Position numbers and translations under genes: made by a program
Assembly (NCBI GenBank): GCA_001662655.1
Contig: KV460239.1
Direction: 5' to 3' (one strand)
Length of the DNA: 64,000 nt
Origin: Pseudogymnoascus verrucosus
Taxonomy: Eukaryota
Shown: piece by piece, positions 55,678-64,000 of the stretch
How positions within the stretch are numbered: the stretch's first letter is position 1
How the letters are laid out: every line of letters starts with the position of its first letter
Notes under the pieces: model-generated
The model's input: only the letters and a program-made list of their open reading frames with translations
Database searches by the model: none
What the model was told of the DNA's origin: nothing

Positions 55678-57261
55678 TCATGGCGTTCTTGGCTTCTTCC
55701 AGTAATATTGCTGCGAAATTGTTAGTGGCTGGTCAGGAAAGAGAGGGCAAACAATGAAACATACCTTGTGTGATTTACGGCAGTTTCTCAACGACGGCTT
55801 CCTCAGCCCATCAACAACAGCAGCTCTACGGCTCTCATCCACATCTTCATCTGGGATGTAATAGTATTCGCTCTCCAGTTGTTTTCCGGCAGCATCCTTT
55901 CCTTCACGGTGAATCTCGCCGATGCAGGTCGTTGCTGTGAGAGCTCGGTGGAGTTCTTCCTTGGTCAGGCCCTTGTTCTCTGGGTGCGAATCACTGATAC
56001 CCCTCAAATCCGAAGGTAAGTTGTTGAGGATGACGGACAGTGGCGTCGAGGACAGGCGGGAGAAGGCGAGCTGGTTGACTACATGGTTCACGAATGGCTT
56101 TGGCTCAGCATTATTGGTGGATTCGGATTCTGAGCGTTTTTCTGGGGAGGGAGAGGATGCAGCGGACGATGCTTGGGATGCGCGGCCAGATTCGAGTTGT
56201 GGCGTCTCACCCGCAGTGAAAGCAGCCATCCTTGAAGAGATATTCGCACCGAAGGGACCGAAAGAGTGTACAATTGGATCGTTCTCCTCATCCGGGTCCT
56301 CCTCGCTAGCCTCGCTCAACTCGCTCGATTGACTGGCGCTCAAGTCTGCAAATGGCTCGAATTCCTGTGACGATTGCAGCTTGACCTCTGGCTCTACATC
56401 GGAGCTTGCGTCTTCATAGACCTCGACTGTGGCGTTGGTGGAGTGGCTTTGGGAGAAAATATTTGGCAGATTACCACTGGCGGCATTGCCTGCTGGAGTC
56501 GGCGATTCAGGCGACACAAGGCGTTGTCCCATTCTCAAGGGGCTCGATGGCATAGCCACGCCCAGTCCGACCAAAGCACCCTGTCTCCTCGGAGAGTCCA
56601 GTTCATCCCAAGCGGAAGTGGTTTCCGAAGCAGCTTGGCGGCGTCGAGGCCACGCGACGAAAACGCGTGCATCCTGAACATCCAGCATTATTTCCGCGGA
56701 TTCTGTTTCCGATGTGAAGCTGTCACCCTTCGCCAGATCCCAGCTGCGTCCATGGCAGTGCACCTTCATTCCATTCCAGCCATTGCATATTATCTCAACC
56801 TTGCTTGTTCCCAGGGATGAAGTCGCGGCAATAAAACGCGCTTTGACGTGGATTCGCGAGATGAGCTTGTTGGCCGAGAGCTGGTATTGCGAGGAATTGC
56901 TCGATCTTCCCATGAGGAACTCGTCACCATTTTCGGGAAGGACGACGGTTGGGACAGCGGAAAGTGGTGCTCGCTCGGAGTGCATGGATTGGCGTCGTTG
57001 GATCGATGGCTTGTTTTGGACCCTCGGCGGAGATGAGGACAAGATACCGGTGGTGGAAGTTGGGACCGGAGTAGGATACTTCGAGTATGCATTTCGCTGA
57101 GAAGGAGAGTAGAGTGCTTGACGTTTCGCTGGTCGTGGGAAGCCAGGCGAGGAGGATAGTGGCTCGAAAGCTGGCAGCAGGGAAGGAGCAGGCCTCTTCA
57201 CGCCGGCCACTGGGGGTAGTGTTGGAAGCATGTTAACTTTGGATGGACTCTCTTCCATCAT
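55678..57261 (-). CDS. TOS4: FHA-domain transcriptional regulator, Tos4/Plm2-like; exons 57261-55765, 55710-55678
   Basis: KYPTPVPTSTTGILSSSPP; FHA MGRSSNSSQYQLSANKLISRIHV; NHVVNQLAFSRLSSTPLS; GKDAAGKQLESEYYY; KPSLRNCRKSHKQYYWKKP after splicing. Confidence 0.87.
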   Translation of the reverse strand: MMEESPSKVNMLPTLPPVAGVKRPAPSLLPAFEPLSSSPGFPRPAKRQALYSPSQRNAYSKYPTPVPTSTTGILSSSPPRVQNKPSIQRRQSMHSERAPLSAVPTVVLPENGDEFLMGRSSNSSQYQLSANKLISRIHVKARFIAATSSLGTSKVEIICNGWNGMKVHCHGRSWDLAKGDSFTSETESAEIMLDVQDARVFVAWPRRRQAASETTSAWDELDSPRRQGALVGLGVAMPSSPLRMGQRLVSPESPTPAGNAASGNLPNIFSQSHSTNATVEVYEDASSDVEPEVKLQSSQEFEPFADLSASQSSELSEASEEDPDEENDPIVHSFGPFGANISSRMAAFTAGETPQLESGRASQASSAASSPSPEKRSESESTNNAEPKPFVNHVVNQLAFSRLSSTPLSVILNNLPSDLRGISDSHPENKGLTKEELHRALTATTCIGEIHREGKDAAGKQLESEYYYIPDEDVDESRRAAVVDGLRKPSLRNCRKSHKVCFIVCPLFPDQPLTISQQYYWKKPRTP

Positions 57262-57495
57262 GTTCACGGTTTTCTTCCCAAGATCGGGATTTCCTCTGGT
57301 AATTGAAGTTGTGGTGGAAAGATCCTGCAACCGCGTCTCGACGCGGTACCTTGTCTGGTGGGGGCACGCGAGAAGATATGTTTTGGAGTTTGTAAGAGGT
57401 CGACGGAACAAATAATGTACAAACACGCAATGATCAAAATAGCAGATCAAAGATTAAGAAATCAGTAACAGTATGAAGAAGGTCGAGAAAGAGGT

Positions 57496-57618
57496 CGCGA
57501 AATAAGAGGCCGCTTGCTGGGTTTTGAGGGAGGGCTAGAGTCGCGGTCACGAAAGATTGGAGCAGTGCGAGTTATGTGAGAAGCTGGGTCCAACGCGGTA
57601 CGCCCACCGCGCGCGTTT
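57496..57618. promoter_or_regulatory. Cluster of SCB/MCB-like G1/S elements upstream of the TOS4-like gene
   Basis: CGCGAAA 57496-57502, CACGAAA 57548-57554, ACGCG 57593-57597, CGCGCGCGT near 57608-57616. Confidence 0.6.
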
Positions 57619-59066
57619 TTGCGCTAGGAAGCGACGCTCCTCCCTGCGTACACTTTATACAGCTACTTAGCAAATGTCAATTCAGGGATTAATGTGTATA
57701 AAGAAGTGAATTGTATTTATGACGGCATCCGAGAAGTTCCAGACAGTAATTAATTGGCACCGGAAAGCCCCAATTGACTCCGTGTCATCCTGTTCTCTCC
57801 GCCTATATCGTGCCAGTTCTACTACTTTTTACAGCTTCCACGGTACTGTACTGTGTCTCTGGTGTCTCTCCCTAGAGCTCCCTTTAGGATGCAAGCAGCA
57901 GGATTCACATTAACTGTCATTAAGGGGCCCAGACACCTACGCACATCTCCTGAGACGCATCTCAGATGTTCGTGATTCCACTGATTCCACAGACTCAGAC
58001 GCGCCTCGGCAATCTGTTTTGCCTATTGCCTCTCCACTCCACTCTCACAGCCCCATACTACCCAACCTCCTGATCAAAAAAGTCGCGATACCTACATATT
58101 TCCCACCGCACAATACTGTACATACTGATGCACTATACGCAATTCGTGCCCTTCTTCATGTGCGATCCAAGTGCCTTGTGTGTAAAAACCACCACCGATC
58201 TCCGCCCTCTGCATGGCGGTGAGGACCCCTAAGTGTTTCTACGCGCCGATGGGACATATGCACGATTGAGACTTCGTAACCAGCTATTGGACGTCTTACC
58301 TCTGGCGCGCCATGGCCTGCAGCTGCGAACGGAAAAACCTGTAGTTTGAGTGCCCAGAAGGTCTCGCGTGTCTGATTACTAGAAGACACTTCTGTAAGAC
58401 ATAATTATACCTTAATGCACGTCTGTTGGTGGACTGGTGGACTGAGCTTTTTCATTGTTCGCGGTGGCTTTATGCCCAGAGAGGTCCCACTTTGCTCTTA
58501 TTGAGCCTTTTCTGCGACGCGTCTTTGGGCCGATATTACGCCTGGATATGGGCCCTGTGGCTGACGAAAGGAGGATCTTCGGTCGCTTCCTCTCCGAGAT
58601 TGTACGACAGTTGAGCCGGCCATGAGGAGCAACCGTAATTGAAACGGTATTTTATATAGATATCGTCCTTGTCGTGTGTTCATAATAGATATCTTGGTGA
58701 TGGATCCAAAGGACAGCAAACCCCTTTTGGTGAGCTCTGCAGCAGCAACAAAGTTGATATTAGGCACGCACCTCAAAAGGGATCAATAAATGTCTTTGAC
58801 CTCCTTCACTGTGCATGATGTGTGTGGAGTTATGGACGTGATGGTGAAGCTATCCACAAGGGACAAGTGACAAGGCTGAGGTTTGTTTTCGACCTGGAAG
58901 CTATTTTATCAGCCTTGCGCTAACCCCCAAATTACAGCCAACCACATACACCATCTGCGCAATCATCTTCGGTAGAAATTTCAACCACCCAAAAACTTTA
59001 AAGTTTATCATTTGAGGCCGAGATCAGAGTACTCTGATCCTAAATAACCACCCCGAATACTTCAAA

Positions 59067-60366
59067 ATGGCACCTAAATCTACCACTCTCACCACTAAGG
59101 TGCAAACTGGATCGCCGTACCAGCTTAACTCCGCGCAGGTATTTACCAATTCCCCCCACTGAATGCTTCAGGCACACGATAAGGATCCAGATTTTCTAAC
59201 ATCTTTTTCTTCAGACCTTGAAAGCCTCCAAAGCTCTCATCAAGCACATCAAGACCTCGGAGAAAGGCACCGCCGAGAAATCGGGCAAGCGCGACCTCCT
59301 TGCTGGCGACGATGAAGAAGACAGCGACGACCTCGACCAAATCCCCATCTGGCTCAACATCACGACCAAGAAGCACATCGTGGACACCAAGCGCCTGAAG
59401 CCCGGCAAGATCGCCCTCCCCCACTCCCTCAACTCCTCCCCCACCTCCACCATCTGCCTCATCACCGCCGATCCCCAGCGCGCCTACAAGGACATCGTCG
59501 CCTCGCCCGCCTTCCCCGCCGAGCTGCGCGCACGTATCACCCGCGTCATCGGCCTCAAGAAGATCAAGGCCAAATACCACCAGTACGAGGCGCAGCGTCA
59601 GCTGTTCGCTGAGCACGACTTCTTCCTCGCTGATGACCGCATCATCACCCAGCTCCCAAAGACCCTCGGGAAGACCTTCTACAAGACCACCACCAAGCGC
59701 CCAATCCCAGTCAACATGCAGGCTCCCGCCCCGCGCGCGGAGGGCAAGCGCGTCCCCAAGGCCCAGCGCGAGAGCGCTGAGAAGGTCTTGATTGAGCCTA
59801 AGCTCCTGGCGAAGGAGGTCGAGAAGTCCCTGTCTGGTGCGCTGGTTGCGTTGTCGCCCAGCACGCAGACTTCAGTGCGCATTGCGGCTGCGGGATGGAA
59901 GGCACAGGATGTGGCTGAGAACGTCGAGGCGGCTGTGAAGGAGATAATCGAGAAGTTCGTGCCGCAGAAGTGGAGAGGCGTGCGCGCTCTGCACATCAAG
60001 GGCCCTACCACCGCCGCGCTGCCGATCTGGCTTGCTGATGAGCTGTGGGTTGATGAGAACGACGTGCTTGAGGATGAGGTGGAGGAGACGGAGGAGGTTG
60101 CTGAGGCGAATATTGGGAAGAAGAGGAAGCGTGTTGCGGGTGAGGAGGAGACCGAGGAGTCTAAGACCGATAAGAAGGCGAAGAAAGAGAAGAAGGTGCT
60201 TCCGGAGAGTAATGATAATAATCTGGATAAGGAGATTGCGTTGAGGAAGGAGAAGCTGAAGAAGCAGAAGTCGGAGGCGGCTAAGAGCGTTGTTGATGAG
60301 CTGCCTATCCCAGCGGCGGCGAAGGCGGAGAAGAGCAAGTCGAAGAAGCGCAAGGCGTCTGATTAG
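59067..60366 (+). CDS. Ribosomal L1 domain-containing ribosome-biogenesis protein (Utp30/Cic1/RSL1D1-like); exons 59067-59138, 59215-60366
   Basis: KRLKPGKIALPHSL, ICLITADPQRAYKD, YEAQRQLFAEHDFFLADDRI..LPKTLGKTFYK, VRALHIKGPTTAALPIW, Lys/Glu-rich tail. Confidence 0.9.
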
Positions 60367-60658
60367 AGGGTTGTAGTATGTGGAGCCAAAAAATGGAGCA
60401 AGGCAGAAACAGGCATGTGGCGGCGTTGATGGAGTTTTGGAAGATGCTAGTTATGACAGTGTAGGTTATTTTTGCAAAGCATAAGTAGAGGAGTACAAGA
60501 CATCGAAAAAGTATTCTTATAAACACAGTCGTCTTATTGCCATGCAGCGTGATTAAGTGTGAACACGCCAAGTCTGATTGTATCAACCAATAGTGCTGTA
60601 ACGTCTATATTCATACCATTCTATCTACGACTCCAAAACCATCCTCCAACGTATCCCC

Positions 60659-62036
60659 TCAGCGTCTAGGCCTCTTAAACCCCCTCTCATGCCTCGCCCG
60701 ATACCCATCCCTCTGCCCATTCCTCCCATCCCTCCTATCCTCCCTCCTCCTCTCCTCACCCGCCAACGACCTCGGTACCACCGCCGCCTCCTCCTCAACC
60801 TCAACCTCATACTCCTCAAACTCATCCCTAAAATACTCCGCCACCACCTCCTTCTCACTCCTCGCCTGCCCCCCATCAAGCATGAACCTCACCGTCCCCT
60901 CCTGCCCCCTCGCCCCGCCCCTCCTCCCCGACCCCGCCGACCTCGGGGATAGCGTCGCCGGACTCGCCACATCTCCCGCCCCCGCCCCCGCCCCCTTCCC
61001 ATTAACCCTCACCTCACTCGGACTAGCCGGCGTAATCGGCGTCTTCGGCGTCTTCAGCCCCAGCCCCTTCACGGCTCCATTCCCCTTTACCTCGCTCCAC
61101 TCCCCGAAGCGCGGGAGACGCAGCTCCTCAGCCTCTTGGTTGAGCGCGATGCGGATACCGATGAAGCGCTCGAGCGTGTACTGGCTCCCTAGCTTCGTCG
61201 CTTTCTGGAAATGTGTGTAGAGTTCCAGCAGGTCGAGCATGCCTTCCATGACGTGGGCGCGGGGGACGCGCCATTTGGTCTTGTCAAAGGCGGCGAGCTG
61301 GTCTTCTTGCTTGGAGAGGAGGCGACAGGAGAGCTCGAGGCAGGCGAAGGACATGGCTGAGGAGGTGACTTTTAGGGGTGCGAAGGTGCGGTAGAGGTCG
61401 AGCATCATTTTGTATGCTAGTTTCACCACGTCTTTGTCGAGCTGACACCGTCGACCTAGCTTGATGAGGTACTTTTGTGGATATCGGTTTCGGTAATCGA
61501 AGCCGCTGGCCTCGAGCATGAGGCGCTCGAGACCGATGATGGTCTTGCTCGGCCCATCGAAGACGCTGTCGTCGGGGGCTAGATGTTCGGATGGAGAGCT
61601 GGTCTTGAGGTTGTGGGCTGCGCACAGGATCTCGCGGGACTTCTTCAGCGTATCTTCAATCTTGCAGGCGGCGAAGAGAGCAGCTGCCGCGGCGTCCGTA
61701 GAGGCATATTCTGTATCGCGGTGGACGAGCCGGAACTTGTGGTAGTAGATGACGGCGGTATCGAATGTGCGGACGGGTCTGGTAGAGAGGGTGTTAGCAA
61801 ATCCACAATTAACTCACAAAGAGATGAGAGGTATAGACATACAGCTGAAGCGCTCGCCGAGTATCGTCAATCCATTGTACGCCTTGGAGTCTGAATGTAT
61901 CCTCCCGTTGAGGGTTTGCGCCAGTAGCGATTATCTGCCCTTGAATCTTCTGCTCAAAAACGAACGGCTTCGCAACCTGTATATAGGACGGGTGGGGGCC
62001 TAGTTTCTGGCTGTATGTGACTTCTGCTGGAGCCAT
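60659..62036 (-). CDS. CTK2: C-type cyclin, CTDK-I beta subunit-like; exons 62036-61843, 61778-60659 (alternative start 62048)
   Basis: REDTFRLQGVQWIDDTRRALQLPVRTFDTAVIYYHKFRL, AALFAACKIEDTLKKSREI, IGLERLMLEASGFDYR, DLYRTFAPLK. Confidence 0.85.
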
Positions 62037-62339
62037 AGCTGATATCATTACTCGGCCAGCTGCGGCCTGGTTGTAAATGAAGAGTGCAGTTATAAGGCTG
62101 AGACTGAGAAGTGGTTAAGAGCAAACGTGCACGGACGATTGACAAGGCTGTGCCTGTCGTGGACCCATCCCCCACACCTTGGAGGCGAATCCAGGTGCTG
62201 ACGACTCATGGTCTTGGCCTACCAACTCTCCTCCTACAACTCGAGCATAATCCTCACTCCCATGCCTTCCACAACATAGAAGCCGGCCTTCAATTCCATC
62301 ACATCAACTCCAATCGACCATCATCAAAACCCACCCAAA

Positions 62340-63308
62340 ATGTTCCAACTTCCCACTCTCCTCACCCTCGCCCTCGGGCTCGCCTCCACCACCACCGCCC
62401 TCCCCGCCACCATTGACGATGACTTCATCACCCCCCTCCCCCTCATAATCTGGCACGGCCTCGGCGACTCCTTCACCAGCGCCGGCATGCAAGAAATCGG
62501 CTCCCTCGCCTCCACCATCCACCCCGGCACCTTCATCTACAACATCCACCTCGACGCCAGCGCCTATGGTGACCAGCGCGCCACCTTCTTCGGCAACCTC
62601 ACCACGCAACTCGAACAAGTCTGCGCCGACCTCGCCTCCCACCCCATCCTCTCCACCGCCCCAGCCGTCGACGCGCTGGGCTTCTCGCAGGGCGGACAGT
62701 TCCTGCGCGCGTACGTGCAGCGCTGTAATCTTCCGCCCGTGAGGAGCCTGGTTACCTTCGGGAGCCAGCATAATGGGATTACGCAGTTCCAGACCTGTGG
62801 GCCGAGTGACTGGTTGTGTAAGGGCGCGAATGCGATATTGAGAGGCGGAGCGTGGTCAGCGTTCACGCAGTCGAGGTTGGTGCCAGCACAGTACTTCCGG
62901 GATCCGGAGGATATGGAGAATTACCTCGCGAACTCCAATTTCCTAGCCGATATCAATAACGAGCGGGAGGTGAAGAATGAGGAGTACGCGGCGAACTTGC
63001 GGAAGTTGGAGAACTTCGTGATGTACATGTTTGATGAGGATGTGACGGTGGTGCCGAAGGAGTCGGCGTGGTTTGCGGAGGTGAATGGCACGGAGGTCAC
63101 GCCGTTGAAGGAGAGGAGCATTTATACGGAGAATTGGCTGGGGTTGAAGGAGTTGGATGAGGCGGGGAAGTTGAAGTTTTTGACGGTGGAGGGCGGGCAT
63201 ATGAGGTTGAATGATGAGGTGCTTAATAGCACTTTTGGGAATTTCTTTGGGCCGGAGGGCAGATCCTTCGATCATGGCAAGAAGCAGCAGGGACCTGAGG
63301 AGCTGTAG
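62340..63308 (+). CDS. Palmitoyl-protein thioesterase (secreted/vacuolar alpha/beta hydrolase)
   Basis: Signal peptide; PLIIWHGLGDS; nucleophile motif GFSQGGQFLRAYVQRCN; LVTFGSQHNG; LVPAQYFRDP; FLADINNE; DVTVVPKESAWF; GGHM. Confidence 0.95.
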   Translation: MFQLPTLLTLALGLASTTTALPATIDDDFITPLPLIIWHGLGDSFTSAGMQEIGSLASTIHPGTFIYNIHLDASAYGDQRATFFGNLTTQLEQVCADLASHPILSTAPAVDALGFSQGGQFLRAYVQRCNLPPVRSLVTFGSQHNGITQFQTCGPSDWLCKGANAILRGGAWSAFTQSRLVPAQYFRDPEDMENYLANSNFLADINNEREVKNEEYAANLRKLENFVMYMFDEDVTVVPKESAWFAEVNGTEVTPLKERSIYTENWLGLKELDEAGKLKFLTVEGGHMRLNDEVLNSTFGNFFGPEGRSFDHGKKQQGPEEL

Positions 63309-64000
63309 ATCAGCATCCGATATGTTATAGTTATGGTGTAAGGCAAGGTCGGCGTTGTGGCTAGGTTTGGGTTATGGAGAATTGGTGTATTTGCTAAACC
63401 CAATGTTTTATCAAATGCCAGAGCGGGTTCTTCTGCGAGTGGCTTGCAGCTTACTCCGAAAATGAAAGCTGGAACAGCAAGTTATCTTTGAACCAGCTCA
63501 TCTCGCATTGTTCACACTGTCTTTCACTACCCATAAGTTTTAATTTGAAGGCGTTTTATTTCTGAATATCTAGTGCATCGAAAGCGGCCCTGACAACGAG
63601 GAACCACCTACAGCTGGGAACTTGTACACCAAAATAACCCCTCCCTACCCTCCAGTAAAAGAGACACTTCCCACACGCTCACTCAATGCAACTCCCCCCA
63701 TCCTCCGTCCCAAACTCTCCCTACAATTTCATAACCGACAACACGCGGCTCAATGTCCGCTGTCCGTGTCGCACCACCCTCCTCCCTCTTCGTGGCGCTT
63801 CCCATATATCCCACCAATTTTTCCACAGACACTTTGTTCCTCCCAATCCCACCCGTCCCATATATTTCGACCTGCGATAACAAAACGCAGACCATGCTCA
63901 CCAACACGACCTGCGCCGACCCCAGTCCTTGTCTCTACAAAGGTGTCCTCTCCCCTCCAGACTTAGTTCGTCTTCCTGGCAGGCGCCGGGCCACGACCAG

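Noticed and set aside
63600..64000. Short ORFs at the right edge
   Set aside because: Looks like the promoter or 5' leader of a gene beyond the window; no supportable coding sequence.

Overview
Gene-dense window of a filamentous ascomycete (Pezizomycotina) nuclear genome. Introns are short, GT/GC-AG, with CTRAC branch points; the composition suggests a Leotiomycete such as Pseudogymnoascus, but that is an unverified inference. I can support 25 protein-coding genes, mostly housekeeping: MRPL4, GDI1, an SDR, a DHA1 MFS transporter, LEU1, a NUR1/Mug154-like gene, VMA7, NPC2, a SET3-like gene, ALG7, SEH1, a CUE-RBR E3 ligase, an ECM11-domain gene, a TDA10-like kinase, FOX2, a long-chain acyl-CoA synthetase, an RKM5-like methyltransferase, a DUF3292 gene, a TOS4-like FHA gene, a ribosomal-L1-domain gene, a CTK2-like cyclin, a palmitoyl-protein thioesterase and three uncharacterised ORFs. 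There is also one intron-containing tRNA-Leu(AAG) and a probable pseudogene at the left edge. No intact transposon, CRISPR array or biosynthetic cluster is visible, and I cannot demonstrate a wholly new system. The best leads are: a three-hairpin H/ACA-snoRNA-like element (4691-4826) with partial 5.8S complementarity; a FOX2 intron that looks like an alternative 3' end and would yield a dehydrogenase-only isoform; an iteron-like repeat array plus hairpin (50642-50782) beside a TpA-rich relic; a forkhead-motif tandem repeat upstream of an unknown 1107-aa membrane protein; and a recurring C-rich-5'/G-rich-3' polarity within genes. Gene identities come from recalled motifs, not database searches; exon coordinates were read by eye.
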